The notes under the pieces were generated by a model. The model made no database searches. It saw only the letters and a list, made by a program, of their open reading frames with translations, and was not told the DNA's origin. Shown in pieces: positions 30,659 through 40,259 of a stretch of 64,000 bases of DNA; the first letter of the stretch is position 1, and the number at the start of each line of letters is the position of its first letter. The stretch spans positions 192,001 to 256,000 of the forward strand of contig JAVZJD010000001.1 of the NCBI GenBank assembly GCA_038870975.1, given 5' to 3'. A program made the position numbers and the translations under genes. The stretch is from Candidatus Bathyarchaeia archaeon. GTDB lineage: Archaea > Thermoproteota > CALKCG01 > B24.

Positions 30659-30756
30659 GCCGGGGTAGCTCAGCGGGCTAGAGCGCCAGACTCATAATCT
30701 GGAGAACCCCGAAGCCCAGGGTCCAGAAGCCGAGGGTTCGAAACCCTCCCCCGGCA
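30659..30756 (+). tRNA. tRNA-Met(CAT), elongator, with a 24-nt intron at 45/46 (30705-30728)
   Basis: Acceptor GCCGGGG/CCCCGGC-A; D stem GCTC/GAGC; anticodon arm CCAGA-CTCATAA-TCTGG; T arm GAGGG-TTCGAAA-CCCTC; removing 30705-30728 restores a 5-nt variable loop AGGCC. Confidence 0.92.
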
Positions 30757-31025
30757 TCATCATATACTTCTGGATGAGCCTACTACGCTCCCAAGTGATC
30801 GCATCCTCTTCCTGAGGGGTAAGAAACCTACGCTAGCATACGTATTTGAAAATAGCCTCTATCGTTGAGCTGTCTTTTAAGGTTTCCGGCAGTTTTGCAG
30901 ATTCATTCTTCCTCCTTTAAACTCCCGATTCGTTGTAAGTGGGTGAACGTATTCTTGATACTCCTATATCCAACGCCTTCATAAAAAGGAGCATACTTTC
31001 TGCGTTATTTATATCCATTATAACT

Positions 31026-31970
31026 TTACTTGCAACTTAGAACAGCGTCTCTAATGGCTCTATGGCTTTCCACTATTGGCGCAGCCGTGTTAACAATATA
31101 TGTTTCCAATGATTGGAAGAATTCTCTGAAGAATTTTCGTCTTATTCTTGCTTTACGTTCGTCTTTCACAAGCAGATGCGGATTGCAAAAGTCGACGGAT
31201 TCTACGTAGCGCAATGCTTCATCTGATGAAAGTCTATCGATTATCAACTTATCTTCTGGATCTCGCTTGAGTAGTATAGCCTTCCTTAGGGTTGTCATAG
31301 GTAGGATTTTCTCTTTCCCAACAATCCATCTTATGTTTACAACAGCCCTACCCATGGAGTCAAACTCCGCCCTATCCACAAGCTTTTGATACTCGTTCCA
31401 AACATTAGCAATATCTGCCTGAATATAGAAGTTCTTCTCAGAGGCGAATGCCACGGCTCTATTACCCATCAAGCGGACAAAGAACCAGTCATCTGAGACT
31501 ACTCGTATACCTTCAAGCCTCAGAAGCCCATACGTATGCGTAGTCTTACCTGTCCCCGATGGAGCGATTAAACACACACCCTGCCCATCTATATCTACAC
31601 ATGCACCATGAACGGAGTTTATGTTATGCTCGTCTTCGAGTATATCTCCCGCAATACTCAAAGCTATAGATTTAATCCAACCATAATAATCTATATTGAT
31701 TAGAAACGCCGTCTTGGAAAGCTGGTCGTATAGAACCTGCTGCCTTTCACCAACATCATCTGTAACCACTAGTCTTCCATGGGAACGGATGCTTGCCGAC
31801 ATTGGATAGAAGCTTTCTTCCCAGCGTTCTTTCACATACCTTATATCTGTTAAGAGCTTAATGCAACATCCATATACATCTGCCTTCTCCTCATAAAGGA
31901 AGCGCTCGCCATATTTCCCCATCAACGCATCTTTCTCTTCAATAGAAATCAACTTAACCTCATACTTCAA
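31026..31970 (-). CDS. HPr-kinase/PEPCK-like P-loop protein
   Basis: HGACV, APSGTGKTT, VSDDW signature. Confidence 0.75.
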   Translation of the reverse strand: MKYEVKLISIEEKDALMGKYGERFLYEEKADVYGCCIKLLTDIRYVKERWEESFYPMSASIRSHGRLVVTDDVGERQQVLYDQLSKTAFLINIDYYGWIKSIALSIAGDILEDEHNINSVHGACVDIDGQGVCLIAPSGTGKTTHTYGLLRLEGIRVVSDDWFFVRLMGNRAVAFASEKNFYIQADIANVWNEYQKLVDRAEFDSMGRAVVNIRWIVGKEKILPMTTLRKAILLKRDPEDKLIIDRLSSDEALRYVESVDFCNPHLLVKDERKARIRRKFFREFFQSLETYIVNTAAPIVESHRAIRDAVLSCK

Positions 31971-32330
31971 CCTTAAACCTCCAATGAACCTGCATAGATT
32001 TATAGTTTTTTAGTTTAAAAACTCTTAAAGACGAACTCATCGTCCAAGTATGTAATAATCATTCTCAAAAGAACGGTAATAACGTTTCAACCTATAAAGA
32101 AAACATCCAAAAACAGTTAAATCTGGAAAATGGAGCATTATGTGGAATTTCACACATGCGTTGAGTACTCGAAATTCTCCTAACACCATAAATTGTTTCC
32201 CTCTTTCTTTCCTTATCTTAGTTAGAAAAGAAAGATTAACGATTACCTTAGCCGTTGTTTACAGGGGCTACTGGTTGCGTAAAAAGGTATTTTCCTCTTT
32301 GAAAGAATAGAATAAGGGGATAGAAGCTGA

Positions 32331-32664
32331 TTAATAGATGTACACGTCCATATACCTTTTTCAGGACTTGATGATATTGAAGTGACATTTGAGAAGTTAG
32401 TGAGAGCTACCGAAAGAGCTGGCATCGATAAGCAGGTTGTTCTAGATCTCTCCAGCAATAATGAGTATGTTAAGGAGCTGGTGGATAAATATCGACAAAT
32501 TAATAGGGTTTGCTAGAGGCTCTTGTACAGATCCCAACACGACAACAATTATAGAGAGATTCATAAGAGAATATGGCTTTAAAGGGGTGAAAATTCATGC
32601 CGAGCCAAACTGGCCTTTGTCAGGTTTACTTAGCACCCGTGCTATTTTATCATCAAACTCTTAA
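32331..32664 (+). pseudogene. amidohydrolase_2 family pseudogene (frameshifted and truncated)
   Basis: LIDVHVH...AGIDKQVV...NNEYVKELVDKY in one frame continues as DKLIGF...GFKGVKIH in another frame (shift near 32493); no start codon; ends after about 110 codons. Confidence 0.72.
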
Positions 32665-32691
32665 ATAGTTGAGAGAATTTAACTAAATACT

Positions 32692-33111
32692 ATGAATATG
32701 GGAAAGGAATTGAGTTTAACGTTGATCATCGTAGTGTTTTTGGCTTTAGGCAACATAGACCCTTGCTTAGCTGAAAATGGTGTTGATCTATCATCGTTAA
32801 TTTCAGAGATGATGTCCAATCCAATAGTACTCGCATCTTTCGCCGTAAAGTTTAGTCTAGGCTTAGCCTTAGGCTACTTTTCAGCTAAAGTGTTCAAATA
32901 TATTCTAGCTTTAGTGGCTATTGCGTTAATAGGACTACTTCTCGACTTATGGCAACTCGGCGGACTAGGAGAGTTCTTCTCAAAGACGGGTTTAGACTGG
33001 CAGAAGACCTACTCTCTAATTCAAACAATCATATCTGCATTAGGAGTACTGACGATTCTTCCAATAGGTGTGGGTTTTTTAATAGGGGTTATAATAGCAG
33101 TAAAACGTTGA
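32692..33111 (+). CDS. small membrane protein (FUN14-like)
   Basis: LGLALGYFSAK..K helix pattern and C-terminal GVGFLIG; several TM helices. Confidence 0.6.
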   Translation: MNMGKELSLTLIIVVFLALGNIDPCLAENGVDLSSLISEMMSNPIVLASFAVKFSLGLALGYFSAKVFKYILALVAIALIGLLLDLWQLGGLGEFFSKTGLDWQKTYSLIQTIISALGVLTILPIGVGFLIGVIIAVKR

Positions 33112-33215
33112 CTGCTATGGAGGTTGGAACTATTTAAGATGGATTTTCTCTTATAATAGTCAGAAATTTGTAAAAAAGGTTTATTTTTCTCATGTAGATT
33201 GACTAATCTACGTTA

Positions 33216-34625
33216 ATGGCGTCTCCAATGAGTCTTAGAGAGTCTTGCGGTGTCTTCTCTTTTTCATCCAATTCAGACGCTGTGAACGTTTCACCGATGA
33301 TATTTAGCGGTCTCTTAGCCTTACAACATAGAGGCCAAGAGTCGGCTGGAATATCTGTAGTTAAAAACGGAAAAATATTAACATTTAAAGGCCTAGGTCT
33401 TGTAATAGAGGTTTTTAACTGGAATATCATGCAGAGTTTGAGTGCCCCGATTGGAATAGGACATGTACGGTATTCAACTTATGGCTCTTCAGACCTCATC
33501 AATGCACAGCCAATGGAATTTAATTCAAAACCTAAGTTTGCCCTATGCTTTAACGGTACGATAGCTAATTATGAAGAGCTTAGAACCGAGCTTGAACGCG
33601 AAGGCTACACATTTAAAACAACGTCAGATGCAGAAGTTATGGGATTTCTAATATCTAAAGCTCTCAAACGTAGTTTAAGCCTAACCGACGCTATTGCACA
33701 GGCGATGGAGAGACTGAAGGGTGCTTATTCAGCACTCCTACTGGCTGAAGATGGGACAATAACGGCTTTTAGAGACCCGTATGGATTTAGACCATTATGC
33801 CTGGGATATTTGAAGGACTTAGAGGCATACGTATTTTCATCTGAAACATCTGGGTTAGATTCAGTAGATGCAACTTTTATTGAGGATGTACAGCCTGGAT
33901 CTATAAATGTTTTAAAAGGTGGGGAAGTGACACGGCTAAAAGTGTATTCAAGTAATCATGCTCACTGCATGTTTGAATGGGTGTATTTTTCACGTCAAGA
34001 TTCAGTAGTAGAAGGGGTAGATGTTTTCAGCGTGAGATGGAAACTTGGGGAGAAGTTGGCCGAGCTTAATCCAGTAGAGGCCGACTATGTGGTTCCAGTT
34101 CCAGAGACTAGTAGAATAGCTGCTCTAGGTTTTTCATCGAAATCAGGTATACCTATAATGGAGGGGTTTGGCGTTAATAGATATGCTCTCCGAACATTTA
34201 TAATGCCTAGAGATAGAGGATATTTCGCAAGACTTAAATTGAACCCTCTGAAGCGGGTTTTAGAAGGCAAGCGTATAATCCTCATAGATGATAGTATCGT
34301 AAGAGGAACCACTTCTAGAGCAATAGCCTCAATGCTTAGAAAAGTTGGAGTTAAAGAAGTACATCTTAGAATAACGTGCCCACCTTTAATTGCACCATGC
34401 TATATGGGAGTTGATTTTCCGACGTTCGAAGAGCTTATTGCCTATAAGAGGGGGGTAGAAGACGTTAGAAAGCTTATAGGCGTCGACAGTTTAACATACA
34501 TGACAATCGACTATTTAGTTGAGGCTATAGGTCTACCTAGGAACGAGCTTTGTTTAGCATGTCTAACTGGCGAATACCCCGAGGAAATCGAACAGTTTTT
34601 GAGAAAAGAGGCGATTAAAAGATGA
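33216..34625 (+). CDS. purF: amidophosphoribosyltransferase
   Basis: Propeptide then ESCGVF (Cys nucleophile), LQHRGQES, GHVRYST, DDSIVRGTT, CLACLTG. Confidence 0.96.
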   Translation: MASPMSLRESCGVFSFSSNSDAVNVSPMIFSGLLALQHRGQESAGISVVKNGKILTFKGLGLVIEVFNWNIMQSLSAPIGIGHVRYSTYGSSDLINAQPMEFNSKPKFALCFNGTIANYEELRTELEREGYTFKTTSDAEVMGFLISKALKRSLSLTDAIAQAMERLKGAYSALLLAEDGTITAFRDPYGFRPLCLGYLKDLEAYVFSSETSGLDSVDATFIEDVQPGSINVLKGGEVTRLKVYSSNHAHCMFEWVYFSRQDSVVEGVDVFSVRWKLGEKLAELNPVEADYVVPVPETSRIAALGFSSKSGIPIMEGFGVNRYALRTFIMPRDRGYFARLKLNPLKRVLEGKRIILIDDSIVRGTTSRAIASMLRKVGVKEVHLRITCPPLIAPCYMGVDFPTFEELIAYKRGVEDVRKLIGVDSLTYMTIDYLVEAIGLPRNELCLACLTGEYPEEIEQFLRKEAIKR

Positions 34626-35899
34626 GCGGTGTAATCGGAATATTTGCATTCGATGAAAATTGGCCTGTCTCCAGGTTTCTATATTATGGCCTCATGGGTT
34701 TGCAACATAGAGGTCAAGAATCCACAGGTATCGTAACGCTTCAGCATAATAGGTTTTATAGAAGACTCTGTAAAGGATTGGCTGAAGAGTCTTTTAAAGA
34801 GGAAGATCTTAATGAGCTTAAGGGTAATGTTGGATGCGGCTCGGTCTCGACAAGTTCAGATATATTGCAACCTATCTTAGTAAAGGAAAGTGATAAAAGT
34901 ATAGTGTTAGCGTTTTCAGGAGCTATAATAAATGGCAGTCTTGAAGACTTTGCTTCAACACTTCTCAAGGAATACTTAAGAAGTGATCTCGATCAAGCCG
35001 CTTTGACCGTTATGGAGAAGTTCAAAGGAGGATACAGTTTTATAGCTTTAACAGATTGTGGGAAAATGGTTTCTGGAAGAGACCCTATGGGCATTAGACC
35101 ACTTTGCGTCGGAGGATTGGGGTTTGACTTAGCTGTTTTTGCATCAGAATCTTCGGCATTAGACGTTATAGGCTCCGACTTATCTAGGGAGGTTGAACCT
35201 GGAGAGATTATAACAGTTGAATTATTCAGCGTGAAGAAGGCTTCCCTACATTCCTGTAGTAGAACAGCATACTGTAGTTTTGAATACGTATATTATGCGA
35301 GACCGGACTCAATAGTGAACGGTATACCAGTGTATGATGTGAGGAGGCGTATTGGATTGGCTCTCGCCAGAGAAGAATCAGTTGAGGCAGATGTAGTCAT
35401 AGGTGTTCCCGAAACGGCTATACCATTTGCGATGGCTTATTCACAGGCTACGGGTATACCTGTGGAGATGGGATTCGTTAGAACAGGCAGGTCTATTAGA
35501 ACGGCTATAAAACCGACACAATTCGAAAGGCTGGTAGGTGTTCAGCTAAAACTCAATCCGATACAAGCAAGTGTGAGAGGTAGACGCGTCATCCTAATAG
35601 ATGATAGCGTCGTTAGAGGAACTACTCTTAGGAATACTGTTTATCTTCTTAGAAAGAAGGGAGCTAAAGAAGTCCATGTGAAAATTGGAAGCCCACCTAT
35701 AGTCGCAAGATGCCCATATGGAGCAACCGTACCACCCGAAGACGAACTCATAGGTAGAGCATTAACGTCTGATGAAATAGCCCAAGTTATAGGAGCCGAT
35801 AGTTTCAGTTATTTGAGTATGAATGGACTCCTCAATGCCATTGGACTCCCCAGAGAGAAACTGTGTTTAGGATGTTTTACAGGAGAATACCCCGTTTAG
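34622..35899 (+). CDS. purF: second PurF-like protein lacking the N-terminal catalytic Cys
   Basis: Starts MSGVIG; LQHRGQES, DDSVVRGTT and CLGCFTG retained; GHVRYST and NG motifs lost; ATGA overlap with purF. Confidence 0.85.
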   Translation: MSGVIGIFAFDENWPVSRFLYYGLMGLQHRGQESTGIVTLQHNRFYRRLCKGLAEESFKEEDLNELKGNVGCGSVSTSSDILQPILVKESDKSIVLAFSGAIINGSLEDFASTLLKEYLRSDLDQAALTVMEKFKGGYSFIALTDCGKMVSGRDPMGIRPLCVGGLGFDLAVFASESSALDVIGSDLSREVEPGEIITVELFSVKKASLHSCSRTAYCSFEYVYYARPDSIVNGIPVYDVRRRIGLALAREESVEADVVIGVPETAIPFAMAYSQATGIPVEMGFVRTGRSIRTAIKPTQFERLVGVQLKLNPIQASVRGRRVILIDDSVVRGTTLRNTVYLLRKKGAKEVHVKIGSPPIVARCPYGATVPPEDELIGRALTSDEIAQVIGADSFSYLSMNGLLNAIGLPREKLCLGCFTGEYPV

Positions 35900-35978
35900 T
35901 TTTTACAAAAACTAATCAATAAAGATTAAAGGTATGCTTATTCTTGCACTAATATGTGCAATTAGAAGGTGAATTGTA

Positions 35979-37448
35979 GTGAAGGTCTTAGTTGTTGGCG
36001 ATGGCTCAAGAGAACAGGCCATAGCTGAGGCTTTTTCCAGAAGCACCAAACAGCCGAGGATGTATGCGATAATGAAACTTATAAACCCGGGTATAGCGAG
36101 AGTCTGCAACTCTACTGGCGGAGGATTCAAAAGGGGAGACCCGACAGACCCCGTGCAAGTTGCCAATTACGCCGAAAGTCTTAATGTTGATTTTGTATTT
36201 GTAGGTCCTGAAGAGCCGTTGTTCCACGGTGTGGCAGATGAGGTTGAACGGAGAGGTATATGCTGTATAGGAGCAAAGAAAGCCTTAGCGGAGATAGAGA
36301 TGTCTAAGGCTTTCATGAGACGTTTAATGTGGAAGTATGAAGTGCCAGGTAGGCTTCGATTCAAAGCATTTAAAAATATTGAGGATGCGTTAGCCTATAT
36401 AAACGAGTACGCTGAGAGTTTAGCTATAAAACCAGCTCGACAGGCCGGAGGAAAGGGTGTTAAAGTTATAGCGGATCTTCAAGCATATCTCTCCAAAGAA
36501 AAGAGGGATGTTAAAGCTAAACATGCTATCGCAGTGTTTGAAAAGTATATGAGTGAGTATTCTGACATTGAAGACCGTATACTTATAGAGGAGAAGGTTG
36601 AAGGCCCAGAGTACACACTACACTGTTTTTCCGATGGTAAAACTGTTCTGCCAATGCCTTTAGTTCAAGATAATAAACACGCTTTCAATGAAGATATAGG
36701 TCCCGAAACTGGTGGAATGGGCTCTATAAAGGGTAGGGGATTAACCCTTCCATTCATAACTATGGATGAATACAACCGTTCAGTAGAGATAGTGAAGAGA
36801 CTTGTTGAAGCCGTCCAGAGAGAGTCCGATGAAGAGTATAGAGGCGTCATAGCTGGACAGATGATGTTAACTGACAAGTGGGGTCCAACGATTATAGAAA
36901 TGTATAGCCGTTTTGGGCAACCTGAAGGTGAAAATATTCTACCGCTTCTTGAAACAGACATCGTTGAAATTTGCGAAGCCATAGCAAGTCAAAGCTTGGC
37001 TAAAGTAAAGCTCAAATTTAGAGAAGAGGCCACTGTGATAAAGTGTTTAGCACCGAGGGGATATCCAGACCATAGGGATCTCGCTAAGGGTCATCCAATA
37101 TGGATTGATGAAAAAAACATCGAAAAAATGGGAGGGAAAGTTTTCTGGAGTTCAGTAGATACTGTTAATGGGTCATATCTTACAGGCGGCTCTAGAGCAT
37201 GTGAGATCTACGCAGAAGCTGAAACGATAGAAGAGGCTTCTCAAATCGTAGAGAAGTGTATACCTTACGTGAGACTTTTAGATGGATGGGAATTATTTTA
37301 CAGGAGCGATATAGGTAGTCCCAGTCTTCTTGAGAAACGGAGGAAACTGGCTGAAATCGTTAGAGAAATCTATCAGTATAGGGAGAAGAAGAATATACTA
37401 GGTAAGACTATAGATTGGATTCCAGGTAGAGGAAAGATAGAGGTGTAG
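35979..37448 (+). CDS. purD: phosphoribosylamine--glycine ligase
   Basis: [32 protein letters not shown]. Confidence 0.93.
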   Translation: MKVLVVGDGSREQAIAEAFSRSTKQPRMYAIMKLINPGIARVCNSTGGGFKRGDPTDPVQVANYAESLNVDFVFVGPEEPLFHGVADEVERRGICCIGAKKALAEIEMSKAFMRRLMWKYEVPGRLRFKAFKNIEDALAYINEYAESLAIKPARQAGGKGVKVIADLQAYLSKEKRDVKAKHAIAVFEKYMSEYSDIEDRILIEEKVEGPEYTLHCFSDGKTVLPMPLVQDNKHAFNEDIGPETGGMGSIKGRGLTLPFITMDEYNRSVEIVKRLVEAVQRESDEEYRGVIAGQMMLTDKWGPTIIEMYSRFGQPEGENILPLLETDIVEICEAIASQSLAKVKLKFREEATVIKCLAPRGYPDHRDLAKGHPIWIDEKNIEKMGGKVFWSSVDTVNGSYLTGGSRACEIYAEAETIEEASQIVEKCIPYVRLLDGWELFYRSDIGSPSLLEKRRKLAEIVREIYQYREKKNILGKTIDWIPGRGKIEV

Positions 37449-37453
37449 AGCAT

Positions 37454-38710
37454 ATGAGCTTTTTAAGAAAACTAGATATTGTTGAGAAGATAGACCCAGA
37501 AATAGCTCAACTCGTATTAAGAGAGTTGGATAGGCAGGTTTATGGATTGGATCTGATAGCCTCTGAAAATTATGCCGATGAAGCAGTGATACAAGTTCAA
37601 GCATCGGTTTTGACTAATAAATACGCAGAGGGTTACCCAGGTAAAAGGTACTATAGCGGATGTGAAATATATGACCGGATAGAAAGTATAGCTGTAGAAA
37701 GAGCCAAAAGACTCTTTAACGCCGAACATGCAAATGTACAACCACACTCTGGCTCACAGGCAAACCTAGCCGTTTACTTGGCGTTTTTGAAGCCTGGAGA
37801 CACTGTTTTAGCTATGGATCTTGCTCAGGGAGGGCATCTTACACACGGTAGTCCCATAAATTTCTCGGGGATGATTTACAAGTTTGTACATTATGGTGTA
37901 GATAGGACTACGGAGCTCATAGATTATGATCGAGTTGAAAAACTGGCCTTAGAGTATAAACCTAAGATGGTGGTTGCTGGTGCAAGTGCATATCCAAGAG
38001 AGATAGACTTTAAAAGGTTTAGGGAGATATGTGATGAAGTTGGAGCATACCTCTTAGTAGATATGGCTCATATAGCTGGCTTAATAGCAGCTGGCCTACA
38101 TATGAGCCCTGTTCCCTACGCAGATTTCGTAACAAGTACAACGCAGAAGACACTTAAAGGCCCTAGAGGGGGATTTATACTTTGCCGTAAAGAGTACGCT
38201 GAAGCCATAGATAGAGCAGTATTTCCAGGTACACAAAGCGGCCCACTTATGCACATAATAGCAGCTAAAGCAGTAGCCTTCAAGCTGGCTTCTACAGAAG
38301 AATTTAAAGAGTATCAGCGCCTGATAGTTAGAGACTCTAAGGCTTTGGCCACATCATTGGACAGTAGGGGGTATAGAATTGTAAGCGGTGGAACGGATAA
38401 CCATCTTCTGCTTTTGGACCTTAGAGGGGTGGGGATTACAGGTAGGACAGCTCAGGATGTACTTGAAAAAGTTCGGATTTATGTAAATAAGAACTTAGTA
38501 CCTTATGACGAAAAACCGCCGTATATAACAAGCGGTATTAGGCTCGGAACACCATGCGTAGCTGCCAGAGGTATGAGAGAATCAGAGATGGATGTTATAG
38601 CTAGGTTTATAGACACTGCTTTAAAAAATAGACGTGATAGTCTTACACTGAAGAAGATTGAGGAGGAAGTTGTCGAACTCTGCAGAGAGTTTCCCATATA
38701 CGGGGATTAG
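37454..38710 (+). CDS. glyA: serine hydroxymethyltransferase (bacterial/THF type)
   Basis: [59 protein letters not shown]. Confidence 0.96.
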   Translation: MSFLRKLDIVEKIDPEIAQLVLRELDRQVYGLDLIASENYADEAVIQVQASVLTNKYAEGYPGKRYYSGCEIYDRIESIAVERAKRLFNAEHANVQPHSGSQANLAVYLAFLKPGDTVLAMDLAQGGHLTHGSPINFSGMIYKFVHYGVDRTTELIDYDRVEKLALEYKPKMVVAGASAYPREIDFKRFREICDEVGAYLLVDMAHIAGLIAAGLHMSPVPYADFVTSTTQKTLKGPRGGFILCRKEYAEAIDRAVFPGTQSGPLMHIIAAKAVAFKLASTEEFKEYQRLIVRDSKALATSLDSRGYRIVSGGTDNHLLLLDLRGVGITGRTAQDVLEKVRIYVNKNLVPYDEKPPYITSGIRLGTPCVAARGMRESEMDVIARFIDTALKNRRDSLTLKKIEEEVVELCREFPIYGD

Positions 38711-38712
38711 CC

Positions 38713-39570
38713 TTGAACAGACCTATAATCATGGATGGTAAATCATTATCATTAACTTTTATTGAGAAGTTTAAAGTGGAAATATCGCACTTAGCCGATG
38801 CTGATATAATTCCCAGTTTATCTATAATTATGGTTGGTGAAGACCCTGCTTCAAAAATCTTCGTTAGGAATAAGCTACGCCTTTGCGAAAACATTGGCGT
38901 AAATGCAAAAGTCTTGGCTAAGCCGAGCAACATAAGTGAGGAAGAACTATTGAAGGTTATAAAAGACCTTAACGAAGATGAAAAAGTTCATGGAATATTA
39001 GTTCAACTTCCGCTTCCACCGCATATAAACATATCTAGAATTTTAGCGGCTATAGAACCTTCTAAAGATATAGATGGATTAACTCCTCTAAACTTAGGTA
39101 GACTTATGCATGGTGATGAAACTTTAGCACCATGTGGTGCTAAAGCTGTTATGGAAATTCTAACAGCATATAGAGTCGATCTTGAAGGCCTCAATGTCTG
39201 CATTGTAAGCAATAGCATACTAGTTGGCAAACCTCTGGCAATAATGGCGACGAACAGATTTGCCACCGTAACAGTATGCCATGTAAAAACAAAGAATCTA
39301 AAAGAGTACACATCGACTGCGGACGTTCTAATTTCAGCTACAGGAGCCCCACACATCATCAAACCAGATATGGTTAAGGAGGGGGCTATTGTTGTAGATG
39401 TGGGAATAGCGAAATTAGGTGGAAAAACTGTTGGTGATGTAGACTTTGAAAACGTTAAAAATCGGGCATCTATGATAACTCCTGTGCCAGGTGGGGTTGG
39501 ACCTATGACAGTAGTAATGGTGATTGCGAACCTTTTAAATGCAGTAAAGCTTCAGAAGTGTTTAGTATGA
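38713..39570 (+). CDS. folD: methylenetetrahydrofolate dehydrogenase/cyclohydrolase
   Basis: HGILVQLPLP, KDIDG, VGKP, DVGI, GDVDF, TPVPGGVGPMT. Confidence 0.95.
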   Translation: MNRPIIMDGKSLSLTFIEKFKVEISHLADADIIPSLSIIMVGEDPASKIFVRNKLRLCENIGVNAKVLAKPSNISEEELLKVIKDLNEDEKVHGILVQLPLPPHINISRILAAIEPSKDIDGLTPLNLGRLMHGDETLAPCGAKAVMEILTAYRVDLEGLNVCIVSNSILVGKPLAIMATNRFATVTVCHVKTKNLKEYTSTADVLISATGAPHIIKPDMVKEGAIVVDVGIAKLGGKTVGDVDFENVKNRASMITPVPGGVGPMTVVMVIANLLNAVKLQKCLV

Positions 39571-40259
39571 GCTACGGTAACGTAGATACGACATATATAT
39601 TCCAACCTGTGAAGGATAGACCGATAAGGCTTATTGTGCTCGGATCAACTAGAGGAACAGACCTACAGGCAATAATAGATGCTATAACATCAGGTACTCT
39701 TAATGCTGAAGTGGTTTGCGTCATAAGTGATAGGAAGAACGCATACATCCTTGAAAGAGCTAGACAAAATGGGATTGAAGCCCTATTTATAAATCCTAAA
39801 GGTCTAACTAGAGAAGAATATGATAAGTTGATTATGGACGAGATTGAAAAACGTTCCCCAGTAGATCTTATACTTTTAATCGGGTATATGCGGATACTTA
39901 GTAGCCAATTCGTCAGAAAATACCGATGGCGGATAGTTAACATCCACCCGTCGCTCCTGCCAGCTTTTGCGGGAGGTATGGATCTTGATGTACATAAGGC
40001 AGTCTTAGATTATGGTGTTAAAGTTACAGGATGTACTCTACATTTTGTTGATGAAGGCGTAGATACAGGGCCGATTATTCTTCAAAAGCCAGTTATGGTC
40101 GATGAGAGTGACACGCCTGAAACACTTAAAACTAAAGTGCAGAAGGCGGAACAGGAGATTATCCTCGAAGCCATAAAGCTTTTTCAGCAAGGATTAATTA
40201 AAGTAGAGGGTAGGCGTGTGAGAATACTTAGAGACAGGATCTCATTTGAGCAATTATAA
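39567..40259 (+). CDS. purN: phosphoribosylglycinamide formyltransferase (folate-dependent)
   Basis: GYMRIL, NIHPSLLPAF, GCTLHFVDEGVDTGPII; ATGA overlap with folD. Confidence 0.94.
   Translation: MSYGNVDTTYIFQPVKDRPIRLIVLGSTRGTDLQAIIDAITSGTLNAEVVCVISDRKNAYILERARQNGIEALFINPKGLTREEYDKLIMDEIEKRSPVDLILLIGYMRILSSQFVRKYRWRIVNIHPSLLPAFAGGMDLDVHKAVLDYGVKVTGCTLHFVDEGVDTGPIILQKPVMVDESDTPETLKTKVQKAEQEIILEAIKLFQQGLIKVEGRRVRILRDRISFEQL

Noticed and set aside
30659-30756. tRNA as Ile2(CAT), the TiaS substrate, as initiator Met, or as a long-variable-arm tRNA
   Set aside because: The GCCGGGG acceptor fits elongator Met (archaeal Ile2 typically starts GGGCCC; the initiator has A1-U72), and the extra bases form a BHB-type intron
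30670-30762. Minus-strand ATGATGA...CTGA pair overlapping the tRNA
   Set aside because: Simply antisense to the tRNA body; spacing too long and no internal boxes
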